NCBI RefSeq assembly: GCF_964194155.1 | Contig: NC_135917.1 | Location: 6,386,001 to 6,450,000 of the forward strand | Source: Cetorhinus maximus | Lineage: Eukaryota | Direction: 5' to 3' | Length of the DNA stretch: 64,000 nt | Shown: positions 36,749-49,979 of the stretch, in pieces | Position numbering within the stretch: the first letter of the stretch is position 1 | How the letters are laid out: the number at the start of each line of letters is the position of its first letter | The notes under the pieces: model-generated | Seen by the model: only the letters and a program-made list of their open reading frames with translations | Told to the model about the DNA's origin: nothing | Databases searched by the model: none | Translations under genes and position numbers: made by a program

Positions 36749-37353
36749 TGTCCCGATGTTTCACAAGACCATAGTCAGACATCATTTGACATGGAGCCAC
36801 ACTAAGGAGACTTCAGGCTAGAGGAATAGAAGCTCAGTCAAAGAGGTAGCCTTTAAAGAATTCAGTCAAGGATGGGGTGGATAAAGTGGGCAACGTCCAA
36901 GTGGCCAGAGATAATATGGGATTGGAAGATCACAGTGATGAAGGGAGCTGTAAACTCTCACCCCTCTCACACAGTCTCCCCTGTGTTATTCTGCACTGAT
37001 AGACTCTAATACTGTGAGCTGCTCTCTCCATTGACATTCATCATATCCACTGCAGTTTCTGGCCTCTCAGACAGCTCCTTCACAGGGACCTTTTCAAGGC
37101 TCTTGGAGTCTCCCAGCCCCACATCCAGCTGATGATCTACAGGGTGGGGACGGAGCAGCTACCCAAAGCCACACATTGTTGCTGACTCCAGGTTGGCCAG
37201 CGGCAGGAACTGCAGGAACCAGGTGTTGCTGCTCCGCAAAGGGACAGGTTGGGACCCGTGGCAAAGGGCGGTGACTGGTTCCTCCCCTCTCTCGGTTTCT
37301 CCATTCCCATTGCTGTTATCTGACACCCTGACCAAGCCTCGATCCACACAGCT

Positions 37354-37360
37354 CATAAAA
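37354..37360 (+). promoter_or_regulatory. TATA-like box of keratin copy 3
   Basis: CATAAAA at the same spacing from ATG 37432. Confidence 0.7.
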
Positions 37361-37431
37361 GCAGCTGGGAGCGCCCTCAGTCCCAGCAGCCGTTCAGTTT
37401 CACACTCCGGGTTCTCTCCAACAACCTCAAC

Positions 37432-38907
37432 ATGTCTCGTTCAAGTTTCTCCTACAGGTCCTCAAGCGGCAGCGGCAGCGTCAGAGGATTGAGCGGAACG
37501 GGAGGCAGATTATCCTCCGCACGGATTGTGAGCAGCAGCAGCAGCGGCGGCGGGAGTGCCTACCCCTTCCAGGGGAGAGCACAGAGTTTGATCCTAGGTC
37601 AATCACGGAGAATATCGGCCCCGCTCCTCAGGAGCTCAGGTTATGGGGCGAGTTCGGGGTTTAGCAGCGGCTACTCGGGGGGGCTGATCCAGAAATCCAC
37701 TAACATTGACCTCAACAGCCCTCTCCCTCAAAATGACACCACCCTGCAGAGTGTCCGCTTGGAGGAGAGCAGACAGATCAAGGGGCTCAACAACCAGTTT
37801 GTCAAATTCATTGACCAGGTAAAGTTCCGAGCTGTCCAGGCGGCCGTGTCTGGAAGCCAGTCTTCTGTGTCTTTTCTCAATGACTTGGTGTGTCTCCAGA
37901 AATGTCTCTTCTCACTTTGCAGCCCATTCCCTTCCGATGTAACTGTGTCTTCATTTTACACCGGCAGGTTCGTTACCTGGAGCAGGTCAATAAGAAACTG
38001 GAGGTCAAACTCAATCTCCTGAAAGAACAAGGAGATTACAAATCCAACATCGACAGCATGTTCCAGACTTACATCGACAACCTGAAAAGACAACTGGAAA
38101 CACTGGGGCAGGAGAAACTCAGGTTCGAGGCCGATCTTGTCCAAATGCAAGGTCTGGTTGAAGACTTCAAGGGCAAGTAAGTGCGCTGCTGCTGCTGGAT
38201 TTGGGCACGTTTTTCTCCCTATCCCTTGTCGTGTGTGAACGAGACAAAGTCCCAGTTTGACATTAGGACCACTTTGACAGATTGATCAGGAGCTGGCAAA
38301 ATGACAGCTGGAGAAATAATCCTCAGGATGGTCATGTAGACTAAACTGCAGGAGTGAGGGGAAATGCCTGTACTCGTCCCCGTCACATTACTGGCTGCTG
38401 AGTCCGCTGTTTTCCCACTGGGATCCAGCTGGTTGCCGCATTTGGCATCAGTCGCCCTGCGTTGTGGAGATGGAAACATCAGTCAGCGCCCCCGGTCCCT
38501 GTAGGGTCACTTCTCCGGGACGGGGAAGTGTCCGACTGTGGGCATCTGGGCTGCGGACGATAGGACGGAGCAAGTATCTGGGTCTGGAGGAGCTGTTTGC
38601 TGAACGAATCTGTTGGAAAGGTGGAGGAGCCTCCCAGAGCTGTGAAGGTCAGGGAGAGGGATGAGTGAATTGGGGTAATGGGGTGGGGTGGGGAGTTAGT
38701 GGGTTGGGTAAACTCGGGCTGCAGGGAAAGGTGATTATCTGGAGAGATATTTGATAAATAGGCAATGTAATGGCAACTGGACAGTAAGATTGATTTCCAC
38801 AGGATTCTCAGTCAAATAATCTGCTTCATTCCAGATACGAAGATGAAATTAACAAGCGCACGGAAATGGAGAATGAGTTTGTCCTGGTCAAGAAGGTGAG
38901 GTGACTC

Positions 38908-38938
<31 letters not shown>

Positions 38939-41900
38939 TATATATATCTGTGTGCAGGCCGACAGCAAACGGCTCCCTTGAGAGAGTTTTTCAAAGTACT
39001 TTGTCCCTCTCCTCTTTAGGACGTGGATGACTCCTACATGAGCAAAGTAGAGCTGGAAGCTAAACTGGAAAGCCTGACCGATGAAATCGACTTCCTCCGA
39101 TCAATCTTTGAAGAGGTAACAATGTGACATGGCCCAGCAATTGTCCTCTGCTGTTGAATCTAATCCAGTGTAATCCAATGCAGCTAGAAAGTTTGCAATC
39201 ACTTTTCAATCTTTTCTCCCGCCGATCTTTAGGAAATCCGTGAGCTGCAGGCACAGATTCAGAACACATCTGTCAGCGTGCAACTGGACAGTGGACCCAA
39301 ACTGGACATCGAACAACTCATTGCTGAAGCCAAAATTCAGTATGAAAACATGGCCAATCAGAGCCGTAAAGAAGCGGAGATTTGGAAACAGACTAAGGTT
39401 AAGATCCCAATCCTCATGTCTCACATGGATTGATAGATCTGCAGTCCGTGCTGAAGTGTGAAATCTTTTGCTAACTCCGTGTCAATGTTTCATTGTAGAT
39501 GCAGGAACTGAGCATGTCATCTGGACAATATGGGGATGAGCTCCGTATGACTAAGGATGAGATTAAACAGATGAATCAGCGAATCCGTGCACTGAATAAT
39601 GATATTGAGAGTCTGAGAAACGAGGTAGGCAAAGAAGTGAAAGCAACATGATAATGGGAACAAGTGAATCATTGTTGTGAATGGCGCTTTGTCTTTCTGG
39701 GTGTGTCTCATTCTCTCCCCCATCCTACCCCATCCAAAAGAACAATTGGACAAGAAGTGGTGGCGGGATCAGTGCAATCTTGCCTATTTCTGCCAGTCTT
39801 GCTCTCTCACTGATGGTAAGTTTCCGATACTGGTAAAGAAACATTCCAATGTGAATCCCTTGCCAGCCTGCAGTGCACACGACACTGCTGTTCCCAATTC
39901 ATTGTCATGATGCCACCAGCAAACACATCTTCCCTTCACCCCCTGCCTTTACCCAGGACTCGCTTTGAGCGCTGTTCTGATGCACAAAGTGTCGATGGAA
40001 GTGACCATGTTAATATTTGTGTTACTTAGCGTCTCAAACTGGAGGCTTTAATCAAAGAAGCCGAGGAACGCGGCGAGCTGTCACTCAGAGGTGCAAAGGA
40101 TAGGATTGAAGACCTGAAAAGTGCCCTGGCCAATGCACAACAACAGCTGATGAAACAAGTCCAGGAATATGAGGCGCTGCTGCAAGTCAAGTTATATCTG
40201 GATGTTGAAATTTCCACCTACAAGTCTCTGCTGGAGGGAGAGGAGGAAAGGTAGGATATGGGGCAGTTACAAACTCCAGCCATCACACTGAGCACAGTCC
40301 ATCATTTTCTCTAGTGGCAGATTCCAATCTGTACTTGTGCTTTATTGACAACTGTTGATGGAATGAAGTGCAGGAACTCAGAGTGCCAGGGTATTCAACA
40401 AGAACTTTGGTTTAAAAGCTGCTTGGTATCTAAGGAGACACAAACATCACACTCACTCTCAGAATGAATCCCTGGCCTGTGAATCATTCTTCCTTTCATA
40501 GAGATAAACCAGTAAAGTTCTCCTGATGTCTCACTGGGTGTGGGCATTGTGCAACTGAGCTATACCGAGCAGAAGCTGAACCAGATCAGTGGTTGGGGCG
40601 TTCAGTTGGGCTGTGGGTCCCAAGCAATGGGGGGTAAAATCAGCCGGGGAGCCTGTTCCTGATGGCTATACAGTGTGTTCTGCTTGAAGGTCTGGATCTC
40701 TCTGCCCCATGACCAAATGACCTGCTGGCATTTGCAGACTCTGGCCATACATGAAGAATGGGCACTTTGGGTGAGGGTCTGGAGGGTGACTGTGCCCAAT
40801 CGATGCTGAACCGCAGCAGATGCTGGTGTTACTGGGAGAGGTAGAAAATTGGTCAACTCAAGAGAAATCTGACTGTAAATATGCTGCAAATACCTGCTGT
40901 AACATGATTGTGTTTCCATTATCAACAGGATGATAAGTGGGGTAAAAACCCTTAACATCCAGCAAGTACAGAACCAAGGTAAGAGAATTCCTAATTGCTA
41001 GTTTGAAGTAAGAATTCCGGGAGGAAGAGCTAGAATTCCAAAACAAAAATGTGAAATTCTGTAAATTTCATTTGTTGAGAAGCGAATAGACAGGTTGTCA
41101 TTTCAGCTCCCAGTGTGTGTGTTCTGAAGAAGGATCTATACAGTGCTTCCCAAACCTTAACCTCTCTTTGTTCAGTTCCCAGAGGCTGAAAGAATGGTTT
41201 TGCATTTCCATATTTCAGATCTCACTTTAGTCATGCATAAGTGTAAATAATGTGTCTGTGTTTAACGATGAGATCAATAGGTGTTCAATGTAAGTACTTC
41301 TAATACTGCTGACTACACAACTTGCCCTCCTTACCCCCATGCTGGCTGATAATGTTTAATGATTCCTTCTCCTCTAGTACTGTCCCCCTCCAGTTCAAAC
41401 AAACCACCATCACCCCCCACCACATAAATCCCACATTTCACCCTTTGATCTTGGAAACTGCTGACCGATCTCCAACCTTGCTTTTCTCTTAAAGTCCTTG
41501 AATGTGTTGTTGCCTCCCAAAGCAGTGTCCATCTCTTCTGCAACTCTATGCTCGATCCTCCTCAATCAGCTTTCTGCCCCTCTAAAAGCACTGAAACATC
41601 CATATCTGAGTCACAAAAGACATCCAATGTGACTGTGACCACATATAGCTCCTCATCCTTTTCTATCTGTCTGCAGCCATAGACATGTTTGACCACAGTA
41701 GTGTTCCTTCATTACCTCGTTTGCTATGTCCACTGGTTGGGCATGTGATTTAACATGGTGATGACCAAAGCCATTACCTTTGATCACAGCCACAAGCTAC
41801 ATTCGCTATGCAAGAAATGCACCTCCTCCGTGGCCACTGCCTGAGGCTGAAACAGATATTTGCAACCTTGGTGTCAGACTGGACACTGAGATCTGCTTCT

Positions 41901-42958
41901 GAACCCATAGCCACTTCAACACCAAGACCACCCACTTCCATCTCCGTAATATCATCATTCTCCACAACTGCCTCAGCTCATCGAATGCTGAAGACCACAC
42001 TCAGGCCTTTGTCACTTCCAGACTCAAATATTCCAATGTCCTCATGGCCAGCAACCCAAACCCCACCCTCCTTAAACTTCAACTCATCCAAAGTTCCGCT
42101 GCCCATATCCTAACCTGCACCAAGTCCTGTTCACCCTTTGTGCTCACCGATCTACACTTGCTCCCAACCTGGCAACGCCTTGAACTGATCATTCTCATCG
42201 TTGTGCTCAAGTTCCTCCAGGGCATCATCCCTTTCCGTCTCTGTAACTTCTTCCAGCTCTACAATGCCCTACGATATCTGTGCTCCTGCAGTACTGGCCT
42301 CTTCCACATCCCTGATTTACATCACCCCACCAGGGGCGGCCACACTTTCAGTAACCAAGACTCAAAGTTCAGGAATTCCCTCCCTGAACCACTCCTCCTC
42401 TCTACCTCTCTGCCTCCTCCTTTAAGAGCTATATGTTTGAGCAAGCTTTTCATCGCCATCCTCATATGTGGCCTGGTGTCAAATATTTGTTTGAAAAAGT
42501 TCCTGGAAAGCACCTTGGGACATTTTACTGTGTTAAAGGTGCTATAAAAATGCAAATTACTCTTCTTGTTGCACTTTGAATTACTAATGTCCTTTAGGGA
42601 AGGAAATCTGCCATCCTTACCAGGACAGGACAAAATGTTACTCCAGACCCACAGCAATGTGGTTGACTCTGAACTGCCTTCAGCAATGGCCAAGCAAGCC
42701 ACTCAGTTCAAGGGCAATTAGGGATGGGCAGTGATGCCCACACCCCATGAAAGAATAAAGAAAAGAAAGTGTAAGACCCAGATTATAAGAGGGTGTTTTT
42801 TTTCCTCTTTTACAGGTAATTTTCAGCAGTTCCGTGACATGAGTAGTGGATTAGAAAGTTCTCTCGGTTTAGGAGGCTCTGGTGGTGGCAGAAGTAGTCA
42901 AACGGTGATTGTGAAATCAGTGGAGCAAAGCCATGGTGGATATCTTTCTTCATATTGA
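37432..42958 (+). CDS. Type II cytoskeletal keratin (keratin-8-like), copy 3; 9 exons, 485 aa, tail exon 9A
   Basis: join(37432-37818,37968-38176,38835-38895,39020-39115,39233-39397,39499-39624,40030-40250,40929-40978,42816-42958). GT-AG introns, open frame. Confidence 0.95.
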
Positions 42959-43152
42959 ATCATCGAGGGATAAACTAATGCCAGCGGACTCTCTTACCAG
43001 CCCACTGAGTTGATTGTCAGAGCTCTATTTCCTCTTATTTCTTGGATCCTTTAAAATGGGAAATATCCCAAAGTTTTCGGTGCTGAACTCTGTTTCAATA
43101 CTCTCTACCATTTTGTATCAGGATCTGCATTTTATGACATTCCTGTTATATG

Positions 43153-43173
43153 AATAAACTTCTAATCAATAAA
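43153..43173 (+). terminator. Tandem polyadenylation signals, copy 3
   Basis: AATAAA at 43153-43158 and 43168-43173. Confidence 0.75.
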
Positions 43174-45924
43174 TCCGGACTGCTTTTTATTTCAGCACAA
43201 TATGAAGTTAGTGGAAAAAAGAAGTTTCATCCATTCTTTTGAAATTGAAGATCTTTCAATTTTTATAACATTAAGTTTGGAGCAATATTGTGAAACATAG
43301 AAAGACTAGTTTGTGTATTCCACATAAGGAACACAGCACACCATCATTGAAACCAGTCAGTGCATGATATGGATACAGCAAAGTTTACCAACAATTCAAA
43401 TAATTTAACTGCACCTCCTTCTCCTCCAGCAATTTATCACTTTTTCTATCAGCTGAGAATACAAGCACTGGACATAGGTTATATTGGAATCTCCGCAATG
43501 GAGTTTGTATATCATAAAGGCAGCCCACCTCATAGCGATGTGATAGCGGGAGATATGTTGGGTTAGAACACTTGTCCTGGGCTATGTGTTGAAATATAGA
43601 CCAGAGTGATTAAGGAAAGTCTCCTCCATCTATTGAGTGTAAGTGTTGTACAGAAATTGATTTTGTGCAGTCTCTAACCCGTTCCCAGTTAGTGTGGGAC
43701 TACGGTACGATGTGGTCCCTAATTTGTAGTGCAGCCTCACTCAGACAGGTCACAGGATAGCTCACGTGGGGAATGGAAAAATACCATACTGATGTAATAA
43801 TGCCTTCGGAACTGAGGCATATTTCTGGACCCATGAAGAAGGGGTCTTGTCTGGACCACGTTAGGCTTCCCAAACTCAATTGGGCTTGTTCAACATTGAA
43901 TTTGCAATCAAAATGGAAAGTGTTCCATTCCTCAGCAGTACAGCTGTTTAGGTTAACCAACAGTAAAACTTGGGATCCAGAAGGAATGCTTCTGTGTAAA
44001 GACAAATGTCCCTCTGATGTAATAAGAACAATATAATAATTTGAGTATTGGTGTAAAAAGAGACATGCAGTCAAAGCTTTCTATCTTGCACTCATCAGGA
44101 CAGAATCACAACAGACCAAAGTTGAAAGGGAACAAAAGGAGTCTACTTGCCAACCAATCAACATCCTTTTTTCATGCAGGAGATATTGTTGTTTCCTTTG
44201 GAGACTCTGCACCCTCTCCAAGGCCAATATATCCTTTATGAGGTTCAATCCCTAAAACCCAACACAATGTTCTAAATGAAAAGCAAAATATTGTGGATGC
44301 TGGTGATCTGAAATAAAAACAAAGTGCTGTAAAAACTCAGCAGCTCTGGCAGCATCTGTGGAGACAGAAACAGAAGTCAGAGTCATATTGGTGTCGAAAT
44401 GTTAACTCTGTTTCTCTCTCCACAGTTGATTCCAGCCCTGCGGAGTTTTTCTAGCACTTTCTGTGACAATATTCTAAATTTTGTCTTACCGCAAGTAATA
44501 TAACTTGTATCCCTTTGTATTTCAGCACTCTTGTGAGAGAGGCCAACATTACATTCACTTTTCCAATCATTATTTCCACACGCCCACTTTTAGCTTTTAG
44601 TAATTGACAAGAGACAGGAGACTCATAAACCTACATAATTCATAGTTCAAAGATGCATTGAGCACCCCAATGCAATCTTACTGGTATTACACAGATTAGA
44701 AAGATCGAGCGCAGTCAAGATTGGGCGCTAACTGATCAGTGTGTTGAAACTAAAGGAGACCCGATCTGTACAAAGCTGCAACACCCACAAGTCTCTCCTT
44801 TCACTTCATATGCGAGGCTAAGATTCAGTGATCACTGTTTAAGCTGGACTGTGTTTTTGTCATTCCTTGAAAACTAACAAGTATCTGTCCATGGACGCTG
44901 CACTTGATTGGAGTGGAGAGGAGGAGGAGGAGGAGGAAAAAGAGCAGCAGCAGCAATGGCATCCTGTTGCAGGAATTGCAGGAAGGCTGCTGGAAGATGC
45001 AGCACCAGAGGGGCAGGCACGCAGCAGGCCTTACCCAGCTCCCACTGTGTACAGACAGAGACTCAGCTTCCTTCAGCTGTACAAGGAGCAGTGTTTCAGG
45101 AGCCTCCCATTGTCAAGGCAGCTGGTCACGGACCTCTGCAGCCTCACCCTATGAGGAGATGGTGGGGTAGTGGTAATGTCAGTGGGCTAGTGATTCAGAA
45201 ACCCAGGTGAATATTCTGGGGCTGTGTGTTCAAATCCCACCATGGCAGCTGGTGGAATTTATGTTCAATTAAAATATCTGGAATATAAAACTAATCTCAG
45301 TAATGATGACTGTGACAGCTATGATTGATTGTTGTAAAATCCCATCTTGTTCACTAATGCTGATTAGGGAGGGAAATCTACCATCCTTGCCTTGTCTGGC
45401 TGATATGTGAGTTTGGAACCACAGAAATGTGATTGACTCTTAACTGCTGTCTGAAATGCTGTGGCTGGGCAGTTAGGGATGAGCAACAACTGCTGGCCTT
45501 GCCAGCGATGTCCAGATCCTGTGAAAAAATAGATGTTATAAAGAGACAGGAAAATAAAACAATTGTACCCATCAGGTTAAGGATATTGAAAGAACAATCT
45601 GAACTGAACTCTGACAAGTCCCCAGCACCTGATGGACTTCATCCGTGATTCTTGAAAGAATTGGCCGCTGAGATAGTTGATGCATTGGTTGTAATTTTCC
45701 GCTGATTCTGGAAAGTGTCCCATCATATTGGAAATTAGCGAGTACAACTCCTCTGTTCAAGTAAGGAGGAATAGACAGAAAGCAGGACACTACAGGTCAG
45801 TTAGTCGGACATCTGTCATGGGGAAAATACCAGAATTTATTATTAGGGATGTTATAGCAGGGCACTTAGAAAATTGTATTTTAGTTCCTTGAGGAAGGAA
45901 CATGAATCGGAACGTAGGAAAAGC

Positions 45925-47600
45925 AGAGGAATATAGAAGGTGGAGGAGGTCATTTGGTTCTTTCAAACCTGCTCCGCCATTTAACTGAATCATGGCTGAT
46001 CTTTTACCTCAACACCATCTTCCCGCACTGTCCCTGTATCCCTTGATGTCATTGGTATCTCGAAATCTATCCACCTTTGTTTTGAACATACTCAATTACT
46101 GAGCTTCCACAGCTCTCTGGGTCAGAGACTTACAAAGATTCACCACCCTCTGAGTGAAGAAATTCCTCCTCATCTCGGTCTTAAACGGCCTACCTCATAT
46201 TCTGAGACTGTGTGCCCTGGTTCCAGACCCCCCTAACCAGGGGAAACATCCTTCCTGCATCCACCCTGTCGACCTGTGTAAGAATTTTGTGCACTTCAAT
46301 GAGCTCACCTCTCATTCTTCTAAACTGTGGAGATTACAGGCCCAGTGTCCTCAACCTCTCCTCAGAGGACAATCCCGTCATCCCAGGGAATAATCTAATG
46401 AACATTTGTTACACTCTCCTCATGGCCAATATATCTTTCCTTAGGTAAGGATTCCAAACCGACACGTTATCTTTATCAATTTCTTGGTTCTCCTTTGCTG
46501 AATTTTAAAATGCTACTAACCCTCAGCTTTACTATTTTTTGGGCAACTTTATATGCCTCTTCCGTTGATCTCATAGAATCCTTAACTTCTCTTGTTAGCC
46601 ATGGTTGGATCACTTTTCCTGCTGGTTTTATTTTCTATAAAGGAATGTAAATTTGTTGCAAACCATGTGTTAATTCTTTAAATGCTAGTCATTGTCTGTC
46701 TAGCATCATACCTTTTAATGTAGTTTCCCCAGTCTACCTCAGCCAACTTGCCCCTCATTCCATCATCGTTTCCTTTGTTTAGATCAAAGACCCTCGTTTT
46801 GGACTGAATGGCATATTATGGTTACCCTTCCCTGAAGGCTCCTTTACAACGAGATTATCAATTAGCCCTTGCTCATTGCACAAAACAAGATCTAAAATAG
46901 CCTATTCTCATTATTACCTGTGAGACCCTTCTTTTAATTTGGCCCCTAGCTGCTCATATCCTCTAGGCAGAACCTCCTTCCTAGTCCTACTTATGTCGTT
47001 GGTACCTACATGGAGCATGACCACTGGATCCTCCTCCTGCCACTGCAAGTTCCCCTCCAGCCCAGAGCAGTTGTGCTGAATCCTGGCACCGGACAGACAA
47101 CAGAGCCTTCTGGACTCTCGCTCTCAGCTGGAGGGAACTGTGTCTATCCCCCTCAATATACTGTCCCCTATTACCCCTGCATTGCTGTTAGCTCCTCCCG
47201 CTTGAATGGCTCCCTGTACCATGTTTCTATGGTCAGTTTGCTCACCCATCCTGCATTCCCACTCTCGTCCATACAGGTTGCAAGCACCTTGAACCTGTTG
47301 GACAATTTCAAGTGCTGAGGCTCTTCCACTTCTACTGTCCTGATCCCCTTACCTGCCTCACTTGCAGCCACAGCCTCCTGTCACTGAACAAAACACAAGA
47401 TCCAGAAACAAAGTGTCCAGGTAACATATCTCCCTCCCTTCTCTGTTGCAGTGTCTGCAGCTCAGCCTCCAGTTCAATGACTCTGAGCCAAAGCTTCTCA
47501 AGCTGCTCACAGTTACTGCAAACGTGTGTTTGCCCTGGATCTCGCTGGCATTCAGGGCTCCCACATCCGGCAGTCGCAGCACATCACCTGCGGTGCCATC
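45925..47600 (-). mobile_element. Decayed CR1 LINE (unit 4 copy)
   Basis: Paralog of 1300-3370 with an extra internal deletion near 46465. Confidence 0.8.
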
Positions 47601-48134
47601 CTTATCGTATCTTAATTAAGTAACTAATTAATTATTTCCTTAATTAAATTTGGATTGAGTTCATGCATCCTCTCACCCCACTTACTGTACTAATTTAAAC
47701 TTTAGTAATCCAATTAACGCTATCAGTTCAGAATAAAAGAAATAATGGACTCATTGCTTCCCTTCTGCTAGTGTCTCTAAATTAATTATGAGGTGGGTAT
47801 TTTAGGCATATATAAAAGTTTCATTTTCTAAATTCCAGCTCTATGCAGACAGTCCCTCACAGCAGTTACTCATTAACAAATAGACTTGTGGCTTTTCTCT
47901 GAGGTCACTGTTTGAATTCTTTGTCCCTCAGACTCAGTGTCTGCTGGATGCTGAAGCTGCATTCCTCCACAGGTTACAAGCAGGTCCACCTCTCTGCCTC
48001 TGCTTCTCCCCGCTCCATCTGTGTAAGTGAGTTCTCAATGAAGTCTTTCTCTTTACAGCCTCACTCTCCTCACAGAAGTCTCACTCTTCATTCCCACTCT
48101 CCTCACTGAAATCTTGCTCTTTATGCTCCTACAA

Positions 48135-49315
48135 CATGTATAAAGGGGGAAACTGTAGATGTGGTGCATAGGAATTTCCAAAAGGCATTTGATACGGTGC
48201 TATGTCAAATGTTACCACACAAAGTAAGAGCTGATGGTGTAGGTGGTAACATAATAGCATGGATAGAGGATTGGTTAGGTAACAGGAAGCAGAGTGTAGG
48301 CATAAATAGGTTATTTACAGGTTAGCAAGCTGTAATTAATGGACTGCCACAGGGGTCAGTGCTGGGGCCTCAACTATTTACAATCTATAAAAATGACCTG
48401 GATGAAAGGATTGAAATTAGGGTGGCTAAATTTGCTGATGACACAAAGATGTCAGTAAGATGGAGAGTAAGTAGTGAGGAGGATGTAAGGAGCCTGCAAA
48501 GGGATATAGGTAGGTTATGTGAGTGGGCAAAGATTTGGCAGATGGAGTATAATGTGGGAAAATGTGGAGCTGTTCGCTTTGGTGGGAAGAATAGAAAAGC
48601 AGCATATGATTTAAATGGACAGAGATTGCACAACTCTGAGGTACAGAGGGATCTGGGTGTCCTGCTACATGAATCACAAAATGTTAGCATGCAGGTATAG
48701 CAAGTGATGAGGAAGGTAAATGGAATGTTGTTATTTATCACAAGGGGAATGTTATAGGAAATTAGGGATGTTTTGCTGTAGTTGGGCAGGCTGTTGGTGA
48801 CACCACATCTAGTTTTGGACTCCGTACTTAAGAAAGGATATAATTGTGTTAGAAACAGTTCCAAGAAGGTTCACTCGACTCATTCCTGGAATGAGGAGCT
48901 TATCTTATGAGGAAAGGTTGAACATGTTGGGACTGTATCCTTTGGAGGTTAGAAGAATGAGAGGTAATCTTACTGAAACATTTACGATGTTGAAGGGAGT
49001 TGACAGAGGTGGTTATGAGAGAGACTGGAACTAGGGGCACAGTTTAAAAATGAGAAATCTCTCATTTAATGATGAGGAGGCTTTTTTTCTCTCAGAGAGT
49101 TGTTAACCTGTGGAATTTTGTTCCCCAGAGAGCAGTGGAGACAGAATCAGTGAATATTTTTAAGACTGAGACAGATAGATTCTTGATTGACAAGGGAGTC
49201 GAAGGGCATAAGGAAGTGGAGTTAAGGCCACAATCAGATCAGCCATGAACTTATCAAATGGTGGAGCAGCCTCGAGTGGCTGAATGGCCTACTCCTGCTC
49301 CTAGGTCTGTTCGTA
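48135..49315 (+). mobile_element. CR1 LINE 3' portion (unit 4 copy)
   Basis: LGPQLFTIYKNDLD, KFADDTK and YEERLNMLGLYPLE. Confidence 0.9.
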
Positions 49316-49979
49316 TGCTCATATGAAGTGATAAGGAAACAGGGCCTGACAGTGAAGATGCCAGTGTGCAGTAGATGGTAGCTGATTTGGCAGGAGGTTT
49401 ACCTGGATGCTTGTGGAGCTGACTTCAGGAAGGACACTAGCGTTTGTTTGACAGACCTCCCATTGAAACCTGCAGAGAAATCAGTTCAGGATGAAGCATC
49501 GGCAGACAATGTGCCAAGGACCCACCTTCGGGCAGAGCACTCATGAATGAATTAAATTCCTACAATTCTACAAGCAACCAGTTTGCTGGGATTAGGAATA
49601 TTGCTTCTACCACTTATCTATGCACAATGTAGTCAGTTTGGATTGATTAAAAATGGGCACTCTTTGCCATTTTAATCCTTGTTTGAAAAATATTTATTCC
49701 CCAAATTTCGCAATCTTAAACTTCACTCTGTTTGCAAAAATACGGACCAGGGACCCTGGTGAGTTTCCTCATTCAAACAGCTGGTGGAGCCCTTGGGACA
49801 CAGCAGCCAGAGACTGCAATGCTCCTGAACATTGGATTCTTTCAATGGGCTCTCACACTCTTCTGCTATCTATATTCTGTCAACCTGAAAGAGCGCAAAA
49901 CCAGTTTAAACCTCGAACTCTTTTTGTCCAGGAAACTTGGTTACAGACAACAAACTTAAATTTATATATATATATTTCT